A DNA stretch of 64,000 bases from Phoronis australis. Lineage: Eukaryota; Animalia; Phoronida. Each line of letters starts with the position of its first letter. Positions within the stretch are counted from its first letter, which is position 1. The DNA is taken from positions 1 to 64,000 of the forward strand of contig NMRA01000436.1 of assembly GCA_002633005.1 (NCBI GenBank). The letters run 5' to 3'. Below, piece by piece: positions 11,801 to 26,800 of the stretch. Position numbers and translations under genes: made by a program. The notes under the pieces are model-generated. The model worked only from the letters and a program-made list of their open reading frames with translations, made no database searches and was not told where the DNA came from.

Positions 11801-14800
11801 TTTAAATATTAATAATTATTTTGTTTCTCGGTCTTTGCCTACTGCAAATCTGCAAAAAATGAGTCCACAATTTTTTTTCGTTGTACTCGCCTCAACAAAG
11901 GCACCTCTGTCAAAATGTGATATTCACATGATTGGGCTACTGTTATGATTAGGTTACTGAAAAGCTGCCTCTAATTACATTAGTGATAGATGTCATTCTA
12001 CGATGTCAGTATTTAAACTGACGACGTAGAATGACATTAATCCATTTTCTTATCAGTTTTGAGCTATAATTATATTTGGTGGTTTAGTAGTGATTATATG
12101 TTAATGTGTTGGACTAAATGTACAGTTTTTTCTGGATTTTCAGTACAAGTGTACTCAAATCCTAAGGGTTTGGCTTCTACACACAAAAAAGCTCTTTAAT
12201 AACATCTTAAAAATATCTGTTTAAATTAAATTACACTCGATGAATATACTTTAGTTACGTTTGCCAATTGCGTAGTATGACGTCATTGCACAATTGGATG
12301 TCGTGCGCTATTATTAATTGCCAAATTAACAAAAGCAACAGAAAATCAGAATTGTTGAATAATTTAATAATCTATCATTTGAAATAAAAAATCATGATCA
12401 TTAATGTTTGTCACTGTCATAAAACAAAAACTGCTTCTGGGCAAATTGTATTGAACCATCTTTTAAAATTGTTAGCAAGTTTTCTCAAAATTTTGCTATA
12501 TTTTACAGCAGAATCGTTATTCGTTTGAAGGCAAATTATTGGATGCATAGGACTACTGCAGTTGAAACGTTTGGACTTAAGGCACAAATTGAATAGTTGC
12601 CTTTTTATGCACCACACATATTTATATGTGGACGCATTATGCCGTCATCTGCGTCCGTCCGTCCGGGCGGCGTCCATCCGGCGTCCGCTGCTCTATCTCC
12701 AAAACTGTTGTAGGTATGCTCATGAAATTTTGCACATATATTCCTTTAATGGATGGGACAGCATGAGCAAACTTTCGGACGGATCCGACTATCAGTGTAC
12801 CCCCTAGTGGCAATTTTAGTTTTTTACGTTTACCTCTGTATCTTCAAAGGTCCTAGAGATATTTTCATGAAATTTGGTATATAGGTATCTACTAGTTAAG
12901 CGACAACATCCTCCCGTTTTCGAATGGATTCGACGTAGTTTGTGCTACCTAGTGGCCATTTTTACTGTTTTCGAGTCTTTTTTAACGTCCACCCCTCTAT
13001 CAACCAAACCGCTCTAAGCATGATTTTGAAAATTGATATGTATGTTTTTACTATGAAGATGAAGGTTGGCGATGATTTTCCGATGACTTCAACTACTGTG
13101 ACGTCTGCTAGTGGCAGTTTTGTTTTTTTGGCGCCTATGGCTCTATCTCCCTAATCGTTTTGCAGCATCTTTACTAAATTTAGTAAGTGCATTTATATGA
13201 TGTTGGCAATGGACGACGATGACTTTCGGACAGATCTTTCTACTGGTGTGCCACCTAGTGGCAATTTTATTTTTTTACGTTTTCCTCTGAATCTTCAAAG
13301 GTTCTTAACGTATTTCCATAAAATTTGGCGTACAGGCTTCTTTTAATGAGGTGACGCTATCTTTCCATTTTCAGATGGATTCGACCTAGTTTGCACCACC
13401 TAGTGGCCATTTTTATGCGCCCACACATATTTATATGTGGACGCATTATGCCGTCATCTTCGTCCGTCCGTCTGTCCGGGCGGCGTCCGTCCGGCGTCCG
13501 CTGCTCTATCTCCAAAACCCTTTGACATACGTTCATGAAATTTGGCACATATGTTCCATTCATAAATGGGACGGCATGTGCGAAATTTCGGACGGAGCCG
13601 ACTACCGGTGTGCCCCCTAGTGGTAATTTTAGTTTTTTACGCTTACCTTTGTATCTTCAATAGTCCTGAACGGATTTTCATGAAATTTAGTATGTAGGCA
13701 CCTATTAGTGAGATGACGCTATCCTCCCGTTTTCAGATGGATTCGACATAGTTTGCACCACCTAGTGGCCATTTTTAGTGTTTTCNNNNNNNNNNNNNNN
13801 NNNNNNNNNNNNNNNNNNNNNNNNNNNNNNNNNNNNNNNNNNNNNNNNNNNNNNNNNNNNNNNNNNNNNNNNNNNNNNNNNNNNNNNNNNNNNNNNNNNN
13901 NNNNNNNNNNNNNNNNNNNNNNNNNNNNNNNNNNNNNNNNNNNNNNNNNNNNNNNNNNNNNNNNNNNNNNNNNNNNNNNNNNNNNNNNNNNNNNNNNNNN
14001 NNNNNNNNNNNNNNNNNNNNNNNNNNNNNNNNNNNNNNNNNNNNNNNNNNNNNNNNNNNNNNNNNNNNNNNNNNNNNNNNNNNNNNNNNNNNNNNNNNNN
14101 NNNNNNNNNNNNNNNNNNNNNNNNNNNNNNNNNNNNNNNNNNNNNNNNNNNNNNNNNNNNNNNNNNNNNNNNNNNNNNNNNNNNNNNNNNNNNNNNNNNN
14201 NNNNNNNNNNNNNNNNNNNNNNNNNNNNNNNNNNNNNNNNNNNNNNNNNNNNNNNNNNNNNNNNNNNNNNNNNNNNNNNNNGATGACGCTATCCTCCCGT
14301 TTTCGGATGGATTCGACCTAGTTTGTGACACCCAGTGGCCATTTTTACTGTTTTTGAGTCTGTTTTTTGGCGTCCACCCCTCTATCAACCAAACCGCTCT
14401 AAGTATTATTGTGAAAATTGGCATGTATGTTCTAACTATGAAGAGGACGGTTGACGCTGAATTTCCCATGACTTTGATTACTGTGGCGCCTCCTAGTGGC
14501 AGTTTGTTTTTTGCGCCCATAGCTGTATCTCCTAAACTGTTTGTAGGATCTTTACTAAATTTAAGAAGTGTGTTTATATGATGTTGACAACAAACGGCGA
14601 TTATTTTAGGCTGGATCTGAGAACTGGTATGCCCCCTGGTGGCAATTTAAGTTTTACGTTTACCTCAGTCTGTATGTTCAAATGTCCTCAACAGATTTTC
14701 ATAAAATTTTGAATATGGGCATCTATTGATGAGATGACGCTATCCTCCCATTTTTGGATAGAATCAAGGTAATGTCCGCCACCTAGTATCCATTTTTACT

Positions 14801-17800
14801 TGTTTCAATTCTGTTTTTTGGCGTCTACCTCTCTTTCAACCAAATCATTCTAAGGATGGCATAAATATGTTCTCAGAGTGAAGAGAACGGTTGATGATGA
14901 CGACTTTGACTACTGGGGCGGTAGTTTTGTTTTGTTTTGCGCCCATAGCTGTTTCTCCTAAACCCACTGAAGGATCTTTATTAAATTTAGTAAGTGTATT
15001 TATGTGAAGCGAACAGCAGACAATGACGACTTTCAGGCGAATCCAATGAACACTGTGCCCCCTATTGGCAATTTCATTTTATTCTGTTTTCCTTTGTTTC
15101 TCTGAAGTTCCTTGGCGGATTTCTTTTTAAATTTGGAATTTTTTCTATAGCTTTCTATTAAAGAAGCAGTGACATGTTCCCATTTTCGTATGGATTGTAT
15201 GTTTTTGCGTCATCTAGTGCCCATTTTATGACACAAATAAGCAACCCTAAAAGCACACCATTTGCGATGCATTCATGGGCGCATTTCAACGCTCCACGTT
15301 GCTCTTGTTAAAGTTACTTTTCCTGTATTTTGATCTTTGTTGGTGTGTGGTAAAGTGAAGAATTAAGTTAGACTGTTGTTGTCTTGGTGACCTTCTCCTG
15401 TATCAGTTTGTTATTCCCATTCTTTGTGACCTCATAATCAACTTTTGAATGTTCATTCCTTTAAATTCTTGGCTATTGGAGCTTAAAGGGATTTAGTGTA
15501 GCTGAACTAGACATAAATCAAGTGAAATGTTGTACAGTGTGTAATGAGGCTAATTAATAACACCAAAGATGTTCTGCACTTAACTTTACATTGAAACTAC
15601 AAAAGACAGTTTAGTGACTGATTCAAATTATGAAATTCCGTTTGGGGTTGGACAAATTATGAAGTGTGGGTGCATTTCATTCCGCACCTCTAGTCTAAGG
15701 CGTTCTTTTATTGAAATCGTGTAGTATACTTTGTTTGAAGCCACAAGTGTAATTGTTTGTTGTTTTGCAGAAAGTAGTGTTTGAAGACCTTGGTAAGGGT
15801 GTTCTTTCCAATGCCTGGAATGGCTACAACTGTTCTTTGTTTGCCTATGGTCAGACTGGCTCTGGAAAGTCGTACTCCATGATGGGTTATGGAACTAACA
15901 AAGGTAGTCAGCATGACATGCAGAAACATCCTATGCAACAACTTAAGTTGTTTAGGACAGTATTGCTGTAGAACATACTATTCTAAAATGCTAATAGCAC
16001 TGAGAATATAATTCAACTGATATACAGTTCGTAAGAGAGATGAGTTAGAAAATTCTTTGCGTAACTGTTTTAAAAAGAATGTTCCACCGTATGTAGTATC
16101 AACCGTCTTTTACTTTTCAGGGATTATTCCTATTGCCTGTGATGAACTGTTTAAAGGAATTGACGAAAAGAAGAAAGCAGCAGGGAAGGGAGAGGAATAT
16201 CAGGTACACCAGTCCTGTACCCCTGTTATCACATGTCTGGCTTGTTTGTCTGTATGGAAAGCCAAGGAGGAAAAATTCCTGAACACAAATTTTCTATTCA
16301 AGAATTAAATTCTCTGTAGGACCAAAAAATTACTCACAACCAAAATTTATCATGCTCTTATTGATAGTTCTGGCCTAAACTGAATGTTTTATGGTGGTTC
16401 AATTGATGCCCCCCTAAAACTTTTTGTTTTATGGATTAGAAAATAATCATTTAAATTTCTCCTGACTATGAAACTTGACTTCAATTTTTTACACCATGAC
16501 TTTTTATAAATTAAATTGATTTAGCACCAAGATGTGTCGACATTCGTCAAGCTTCAGCAAAGATATGTCAAAACGTGAAAGAAAATGAATTGTGAATTAT
16601 CCATAGGCAATTACTTGCTGAAAAAGTCTACCTGGGAAATTATGCCAAGAAGACATTAGAGAGGTTTTGCCAAGAAGACATTAGAGAGGTTTTGCCAAGA
16701 AGACATTAGAGAGGTTTCGCAAAGCGACATAAACATGAATTATGACGCATACTTAATTGCACGTGCCGATTCGTGTTACAGTAACAAAAATGGGTTTCGC
16801 AAAAGCTAAATTTTTGCGTGATCATGAACTGAATGACAGAGCGCAAGGTGTCCAGTTATTGTAGGCCTAGTACATGTCAGCTAGTTTACAAAAAAACTTA
16901 AAAAGTCACTCTGCAAAATTAATGCAACTACTTTTCTAGTTCGATGACGTTCAGCGAACCCCGGCAGAATAAGGATTTTTGGAAAAGGTGCTTCTTTGCA
17001 AATAAACTTTAAGGACATTTATAGACAAACGAATTGCGTTCATTTTATACTGAAGCAAAGAAGAAAGATCGAGAATCCTATCAAAATCAAAATCATTTTG
17101 ATGTCTTACCAAATAAGAATTGAAAAGGGGCTACAGGTTTCGTGTTAAAAGCGACACTTTCGGGATTAGGTCACAGCCAACAATGGCAAGTATGATGCGG
17201 TATTATAAATGTGTTATAATTCACATTCATATTTCTTTGCGAAACCTCTCTATTTTTCAATCTGTTTGAAAAGCGCGAGTCATACTTTAGGTTATATTGT
17301 ACATTACTGAATGTTTCTATTGTGTACAATGGATTTCAAAATAAACTGGACAGTGTCGGACTTAGTCAAAGTTTTTACTGGCGAATGTGTGTCTAAACAT
17401 CCATTTCACCTGGTTTTGTTCTTACTGCACTTTGTCAAAATCTCTGTTACATCTGTTTATTGGAATTCTGCCTGCCTGTTGTACACTTTGCCAAAATTAC
17501 AACTTACATGTTGGTTGGTGAAACTGCTGTGCCAATAGGTAACCTATAGTACCAGGTATGAGTGACCTGCCCCATTGAACATTTCTTATCATACAGCATA
17601 CCAAAAATGGACAAAATGGACCTCGGATTTTATGCGCCCACACATTTATGTGTGGTCGCATATTGCTGTAATCTCTGTCTGGGCATCCAGCGTCCACTGC
17701 TGTATCTTGTAAACCCCTCACAGGATCTTGATGAGATTTGGCAGACATCTTCCTGTGAAGCTGATGACGGATGACGACCTGCAGTGTTTAATAAACAGTA

Positions 17801-20800
17801 ACGTCTAGCCTGGTGACTATGTAATGTGATCTTTTTAACCACAAATTGAAGTGTAGCTCTGATATAGTCAAGTTATCTAGGATTAGTCATTTGGAATAAC
17901 ATTGCGTGCCAATGTAATTGAAAGAGTTAGCATCGAGGTTCAAATATCTGGTAAAGTTCAACAACTGTTCTATTCTACTGCAACAAGAGTGCCATTTTCT
18001 TCCTAAAGAACTCTGGAAGAATTTCACCAAGTCCTGTAAAAGCCTGTCCAGTTTATTTTGAAAACTACCGCTGTACCTCATGAAAATGCAATGGAGCCAA
18101 TAAATCAATGATTGTCACAGTGGTTTCTTTATTACATTTGTGTTTTAAACTGCAATCATTGGTACAGTGAGTAGTTGTTGACCAGTCAAAATGCAGACTT
18201 AAGTTCATTAATTTGTTAACACACCATTATTAAAAGGATACCGAGCTCATTTTTGGCTTGTTAACGGGTATTGAAAACAATTAGTCCCTTCCAGTTCCCT
18301 TATACAAAATAATGTGCTATAATCCTCAACAACCCTAAACATTTTGGAGAAGAATTTGAAAACTCTTTTCAAAGTCTGATAAACGGGCAATCATGACCTA
18401 CATGTACGCTTTTAGCAAATTACAAGGCAATAGTGGAGAAAGACCACCCACCAGGAACCATAATACCCAATCTGTGTCATAGAGAGTATACCATTTTAGT
18501 TGATTCTTGCTTTTAATTTTCAAGATTGGCGCCAGTGATGCATTAGCAGGTGACAGAACGAGCATTAACTGAAATCATCCAAACAGGGTTTAGTATCCTT
18601 TTAAATAATCTGCCTAAGGTCTGTGTTGGTATTCTATATGAGAACAAAATGACGCAATTTGCACCACTTCTTTGGTTCTGTTGTGAAGCTTGCAAAGGAT
18701 TTTTTTAAAAAACTGAAGCTACACGTTGCTTTGATCTCGTTTGTTCGCAGGTGTCATTCAGTATGTTGGAGATCTACAATGAACAAGTGAGAGATCTTCT
18801 TAACCCCAAGTCTAATGTCAAGGGTGGACTGACCATCCGGCAGCACCCATCTAAAGGGTTCTATGGTAAGACTTTCAACATTAACTTGTGTTGTCATCAA
18901 GACATGGTGACTAATGTCAAGGGTGGACTGACCTGTCGTCACCTGTCTAAAGGGTTCTCTGGTAAGACTTCAACATTATCTTTCATTGCCATCACTGATA
19001 TTCATCATCCTGTTATTGTGCTCATTCATACACTGTATGTATTTCAGTGGATAACTTGGTCACTGCTCCGGTCAGTAGTTATGAACAAATCGACGGCAAA
19101 ATCAATGAGGGCACCATGAACAGAACTGTGGCAGCCACCAACATGAACGCCACCAGCAGGTAAAACCACAAACTAGATGTTAATTTTGTGCTGATGTATT
19201 TGATATTTCAAATGACATTGACTGAATGCTCGAGTCATGTTTTCGCTAAGTATCCAGTTGACTCAGTCAGTTTTGTTACATAGTTTTGACATGTTTGTTT
19301 TTATACATTAACATAGTGTTTACGTGTATTTGAAAGAAAATGTTGATTATCCTGTAATTATATATTCACTCTAACATTAAAAAATAAAGTGGAGGTCATG
19401 ACTACCTTATTACCGTAACACAACTAAGAAGCTTATTAGAAAATTTCTGATGCAGACTTCCTTGGGAATTAGCTATTGTTTAAAATTCATTCCAGAAAAA
19501 ACGCAATCACATTTTTCTGGAGTTATCCATTTCATTGCCATTTTGTATAGTTTGTTGATTAATTTTATTTCCAGTCGAGCGCATACTATTGTTGCCATCA
19601 ACTTTACTCAGAAGTCTCCAAATGAGTCTGGTGAAAGTATGACAAGGACAGCCAGCATAAACCTTGTTGATTTGGCTGGAAGGTAAATAAAGTCATCCTG
19701 ACTCGTAACAAATAAGTGGAGAGTTATAGCATGATTGACTGTAGTCTGAATGTCTCTAGAATATAATATCTAAGCTTGAATTTCATTTTTGACATCCAGT
19801 GATTTTAAAATAAGACCAGGGTGCACTTCTAATGAATACATATATTTATTATTTATTAAATTGATGTAGATGCGTCACAGAATACAATGCAAAAACAAAT
19901 TAATTTTAACAATGTTGTTTTTTAGCCAAAATAGTAGCAAGAGTCTAATCACAAGCACACGCGTGAAGATTGACATATTATTCAAATCCACTGTTTCATT
20001 TTTTTACAAATAACAAACCATCCTCTGGGAGAAGTAGTTCAACAGCATCAAAGGAAAACCAACTTATACAGGCAGAGCCAACCAAGTCGCTCCATGCCCT
20101 TTCCTCTTTTTCACAACATATAACCAAAATATTCAAAACCAACCATGTTTGGGAGTAAAAGCATGGGACACTTGAACCTCTGACAATGTATCTTTGATGG
20201 GTGAGCTCCAGTTATTTTTGCATATGTTGTAATTGAATAAATGTTTTGCAATTCTGTTTTCCTCCATCACAATTAAACAATTCCATAAAGGTATCATCAT
20301 GTTCTAATGTTGTGTATAAACTGCTGTTGCCCATCCACTGTCGCAGTATGCGAGGGTCGTTCAACAAGTTCTCGGCCTCGCCAAGAAAACAGGGACGCAG
20401 GTTAAATTTTTCACACCATAGTAACATTTCATCTTTTATAATAGTACTTTGTCCATGCTGAATTAGTTCGGTCAACTGCCGCTAGATGGCGCTGCTTCGA
20501 AAAAGCAGACAACACATTTAGCGGCATAGAGATAACAGAGACGAGAGCCGTCATAAAGTATTCGGGTAAAAAAGGAATGAAACCAAAAGATATTCATGAA
20601 GAGATGCGAAAAACACGCGGAACAGACTCCCCGAGCTACTCCACAATAAAAAGTAGTCAGCTTGTTTCAAGAGTGGTAGAGAAAGCGTTGAAGATGACCG
20701 TCGTCCAGAACATCAGAATGCAAATTTCAAAGGAACTTCTAGAAATATTCCAAACAGATCCAGCTAAATTTTCCAGAAGACTTGTAACCCAGGATGAGGC

Positions 20801-23800
20801 TTGGGTCCACCACTTTGACCCGGAATCAAAACAACAAAGTAAACAATGGAAGCACGTAGGTTCCCCAAGCCGGAGAAGGTTCAAGTTGGGTGCCTCTGCG
20901 AGCAAAGCTTTGGCCTCTGTGTTCTGGGACAGCGAAGGTATTCTGATGATCGACCACTTGCAACGAGGACACATTGTTACTGGGAATTACTATTCATCAC
21001 TTTTGGAAAAACTAAAAAAAGCAATCAAGGAAAAGAGACGCGGGAAGTTTGGGGATGGAGTGTTGTTGCTTCAAGACGACGCACCTGCCCATACTGCCCA
21101 AGTTGCGGTGGCTGAAGCAACTAGATGCGGCTTTGAAATCCTTGCGAACCCTGCCCATTCTCCAGGCCTGGCCCTCTCTGATTTTTATTTGTTTCCACAT
21201 TGGAAGGCCTTCCTGCGTGGATACCAGTGTGTGAGCGATGATGACGTCATGAGTGCAGTGGAGGAGTATTTTGAGGGGCTTGACAAAAGTTTCTTTTACG
21301 AAAGCATTGCAAAACTGGAGCACAGATGGCAAAAATGCATTGATGTAACGGGAGATTATATTGAAAAATAAAAGTCAAAATTAGTAGCTATCGCGTTGTT
21401 TTCTGAATAAAGTCGAGAACTTATTGAACGACCCTCGTAGAACTGCATTAGCTACATACTGCTCCTAAAAATAGTCGTAGAATGAACCATTGTGAGAAGT
21501 GTTTATAGCCCCATACTCCACAACAATGTTCCATGACTATTGACTGAGCTAACAAAATAGTCGAAGCATTTAGTAGAAGTGTTAAAACCCAATAATGACC
21601 CATGTTTCCTAACGTCTTGTATTTACCAATAAAAGCGCCTAGCACTGTTCCTGCGTATGCATCTAACACCTGAGCTGTTGTCTTAAATCTAAATGCACAT
21701 TGAGAGATGCCCCTAAATACTTTTATCTGGTGTATTCTGTACCTATAGACCCATGTTTAAAAACCACACTCCTTGACTGGTATTTTTTCTGAATTGCACT
21801 TTTCTGTTATATATTCTCAGGGACTTCAAAAGTCTTAAAACAATTAATTTACTTAAACGAAATTTAAATAGTATATTTTTTCAGAAATAGTTATGTGGAA
21901 TGTAAGACAAAAACTTTTGGAAGTCTGAAGTCATTTTTAATGAAACTGGCCCCTGGTGGTGTATCGTATTGATTAAGCTAGTACTGGCCCCTGGTGGTGT
22001 ATCGTATTGATTAAGCTAGTACAAAAGGGTCAAGATTTTTCTCGAAAGCATGAGCTTCGTTCTTAGAAATGTGGTTAATGCTCTACATTCATTATCAATA
22101 CTGTACACAAGCCCAGCAAACAGTTTGTGTTTTGTTAATATTCCACAGTGAGCGCGCGGACTCCACCGGCGCCACGGGCGATCGACTGAAGGAGGGCTCA
22201 GCCATCAATAGGTCTTTAAGTTCTCTGGGAAATGTCATCAAGGCTCTGGCTGACATCAGTATGGGCAAGAAGAAAGTACAGGGTGAGTAGTGGCTGATGG
22301 GCCAATGTACATGGTAGGTGTAGTGAACACTTGAACCACTAAATGCTGTAGTTCCATCTTGAAGCTGGCAAACACATGCTGACAGTGTTCTTCATATTGT
22401 CAGTTTGAGGTTATTTGCTCAGTTCACCTTCATTTATAACAACTGATAAATGCGCATTTTAAATCCTAATTTGGATCAATTGTAATAGCTAATTTTGTCA
22501 GTAGATGTCAGTTCTTGTAGTCTGATTTCATTGGTTGCTATTTGCAGTACCCTTTCGTGACTCTGCTCTAACCAAACTACTCAAGAATGCTCTGGGTGGC
22601 AACAGTAAAACTATCATGGTAAGAAGATAATTTAATGCTGTTAGCGACTTTTAACCATATCTAGTCCATTCTATTTGTACTATGTAGGCAACTTTTCTTA
22701 ATGCATTTTGGATAATAACAATATTGGTGTAAGTCTATTTTGTGGTTATGTTCACGAAGGTCCTTTATTACTTTTCATGATTCCACAAGGAAGACATAAT
22801 TATCAATTTCTGTACAAATCGCTTACATATAAGTCTTGTACGACAACTCAAATTCTCTCAGTCTGTTATTTAAATCTTTCAGTGCTATGCAGAAATGGAC
22901 TGTCCAAGATGGGACTTGTTCGGAATTTTGATCATCCTAGAAAACACCGTCATAAACAATTAGTTCACGAGATCTTGATTTTGGCAACTTAGCTTTGAAT
23001 GCCAATTTGTTGGCACAACTGAGAAGAAATACACAAAAATGAATAAAACTTGCTAACTGTACAAATGTATGTATACCAGTTTAATGATAAGATAACGTTT
23101 CAGTTCTGGGCTCATGGTCTTTACTCTGTGTTCTGAGCTCAAGGTCTTTACTCTGTGCTTTGGACTCAGCGTATTTACTCTGTGTTCTGGGTTCAGGGTC
23201 TTTACTCTGTGTTCTTGGCTCAGGTTCTTAACTCTGTGTTCTGGGCTCAGAGTCTTTACTCTGTGTTCTGGGCTCAGTGTCTTTACTCTGTGTTCTGGGC
23301 GCAGGGTCTTTACTCGGTATTCTGGGCTTGGGGTATTTACTCTGTGTTGTGGGCTCAGGTTCTTAACTCTGTGTTCTGGGCTTAGGGTCTTTATTCTGTG
23401 TTCTGGGCTCAGGGTCTTTACTCTGTGTTCTGGGCTCAGGGTCTTTACCCTGTGTTTGAAAGTTGACTAAAAAGTTAATATATCACACGACGTGCTGCGA
23501 GTAAGTTTATGTATTTACACTCAAATCATGTGGAGTGATTGATTAATTTTTTTAATCGGATTTTGTTGGTTAGACCCTGGGATAAAGGGATAATCTTTGG
23601 TCACGTGCTGATAATTTCAGGTCGGAACAAATATGAAACACAAACTTAAGCACATTGGTTGAGACATTTACAGAACATATTGTACATTATTTTCCTACAG
23701 ATTGCTGCTCTGAGTCCAGCAGACATTAACTACGAGGAAACCCTGTCTACTTTGCGCTTTGGTAAGCCATTAATATATAGGAGGCTTGGGTTTTGAACCT

Positions 23801-26800
23801 GTCATTTCTTGTGGGTTTTTATGGCAAGTCTTTTATGTGCCAATAGTATTAATACTGTTCATTGGTTTTAATGTTAAAATTCTAACTTTCTTTAATGTCT
23901 GAAACTGTTAGATTGTTCTATTCTTTATTTTTTAATTTAGTTTGAAATTGTATGGATAGATTTTTCTCTTGGTCATTTCTTACAACACAAGTCTTTACTC
24001 GATATCATTGTTATCCATACCATGTTATGAACCTACTTTGTTGCTTAGGCCAAAACATCGAAGTTGATCTAGGTGTTCACCCCGAACATTTTTGAGACCT
24101 GCACTTCACATTAGAAACCAAATTGGTCAAGTGATGAGTAAAAAAACAAATCCCAGGTGGAGCTGCTCTTTTGAAAAAGTGAGAAATAAAAAAGTAAAAC
24201 AGACCACTGAGGATCAACTCTGTTTCTTTGAACTCGTGTTCAATTTCTGTCACATTTTAGCTGATCGTGCCAAGTCGATTAAAACCAAGGCTGTTATTAA
24301 TGAAAGTCCCACAGACAAGCTGATCCGGGAATTGCGTGAAGAGAATCAAAAACTGATGGAAATGTTAAAGAGTGGTGGAGTGATGCAGATGGAGCCTGGA
24401 CAGACTGCACAGTCAAACGAGGGTAACCTTTAGTTTTTGTTTCTGTTTTTGTGGTGATGTCAGAGGGTAGGCACAGGAATCTGGCCCTCCTCCTTCCAGT
24501 ATCGCACGCAATGTAAATTTGGAAATTCAGCCAAGTTTGTGCTGGTTATTTTTTTTTGAAATTGGATACATAAATGCTCTGCCAATCTGTGGGTCTGACA
24601 ATGTAGTGGGGATCTTGTTGCGCAAAACATTTTGAAGTGTTATAGTAATAGTAGAACACATATTTGGGACATTAAATCTGGGCTATTCAGCTGTAAAAGG
24701 CAGTTAGTGATGGGATGCTGGAAGCGAAGAGAATACCCCTTTGTTTTGGAGCATCAGGTACAAACTTATAGGTAACTGTAAAACATGTGTTTATCCCTTA
24801 TTAGATGGTTGGAACATGTTATAACGAAGTCAACAGTTCCTGCAGGTCAATCCTAACAATATGGGTAATAAATGTGAAAAATTCATATAAATCCTGATTT
24901 GGAGCCGAGTGATACTCTGCGATTACACATTTGACACTATGTCGAAAGCGAGATTCATTAAGGAACGATTGAATAACAAGTGGTGACAATTAGAAAAGTG
25001 AGACAGAAGAGTTTGACAATGCTAGATAATATATTTTCTGTGTACCTCCAATCATGAGTTTGACAATGTTACATTAGGCCCTCCAATCACGAGTTTGACA
25101 ATGTTACATTAGGCGTGTGCCTCCAATCATGAGTTTGACAATGTTACATTAGGCGTGTGCCTCCAATCATGAGTTTGACAATGTTACATTAGGCGTGTGC
25201 CTCCAATCATGAGTTTGACAATGTTACATTAGGCGTGTGCCTCCAATCATGAGTTTGACAGTGTTAGACAAGTTTGTACCTCCAAACATGACTTTTACCT
25301 TCGTGTAAACTTACCTTGAAGGAGATGCATTTGGTGTTACTTTACAGCTCAGTGAGACTTCATATTGTTGCTTTCCATTTGTCTACCCTTAGCTTATTGT
25401 CTCCTTTCTGTATTGCAGAGGTAGAAGAGGTGAAGAAGGCAATGGAAGAAGCAATGAGGAAGAATCAAGAAGAGATGGAGGCAATGAAGAAGACATGGGA
25501 ACAACGACTTGCTGAGCAAGCCTCTGACAGTGATGTATGAACAATGCTATGTAACTTGAAAGTAGTATATGGTGCATCCTGGGAAATATTGTGATACCTC
25601 TATTGTGAAATGGTGTTGTATTATGCAAGTTAGTGTTGCATTGTGGGAGCTCCTGTAGCCAGGTCACTGAAAGCTATGTAGTTTTAAGTTTAAAAGTAGT
25701 AATGGAACTAACTTGTAAGGTTTGTTTCTATTAATTATTGTCTTTACTCATGGCATTGTGGGTGGCTAGGCATTAGGTACCATTCTCCTGGAGTGTAAAA
25801 ATCAAGAAATTTCCACTATCACGATCTAATCTAGAATCACTCGCCATATAACTTGTCAAGCAAGCCTTTTGTGTTGGTATACAATACTGTGGTTAAGCTG
25901 GTCAGAGCTTCCAGTCACACAAAGGAATCAACAGGTGAAATTTCTCTAAAAGTCAACTGCTTTTCTTCATTTGAAGATTTTGGTGGTTTTCAAATAGTAT
26001 TTTTAAATATTGGTTACATCAGGCGCTCTAGTTACAATATGAGCTTATCTGATGAAAGCAGACAATAAGCGAGCTGGACAATGCCAACTTTGGTTTGCCA
26101 CAGTCAAACCTTTAAGGACACGGCTGTATCGTGACTGATTTGTTTATTTGCTGGGTTGCTGTTGACATACCATTCAACCAACTCATACAACTTATTCTAG
26201 GTCAAATTATACTTAGGAGTTAAAATTTGAGCTTGGGTTTCTGGCAATAATGCATGTATATTTCTATAAAGGAATGAGCTCTTTGTCTCTTCAGGCAAAA
26301 CTGGAAGCTGAAAGGCAAAAGCAGGAAAAGAAGAAGGTGATCCCACACTTTTGGAATCTCAATGAGGACCCCTCCCTCACGGCGATGGTGGTTCACTTCT
26401 GTAACCCTGGTGTGTATATCGCCACAATGTGATCTGGTACTGCATAGTGTTGGCTTGCTTTTAAACAGAACCAGTTGAGAAGCTTTAAGTCATGCATTAA
26501 GTGCTTGTCCTCGCACTTCCTTTGTTGGAGTTGATATAATGGTTATGCAAACCATGTAGTGTTCATTATTGTCTTGGAAACCAGTCTTAAATGTTGAGTC
26601 ATTGTGCCTTCCTTGTTATTAATGTTGTGTATTGACAACAGGTGGCAGTTAATCAGTTGCTGTGCATGAAGTACCTTAAATTTGAATTTATTCCAGGTGT
26701 AAGTAAAATTGGCAACAGAAAGGCAGACCCTGCTCCTGACATCTTATTGAATGGACTGAGGTAGGTTTATACACCAGGTGTCGCTATTTGCCATGTTTAC

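Noticed and set aside
23114-23470. Cys/Leu-rich repetitive ORFs (also 39698-40247, 57352-57608)
   Set aside because: Minisatellite translations.
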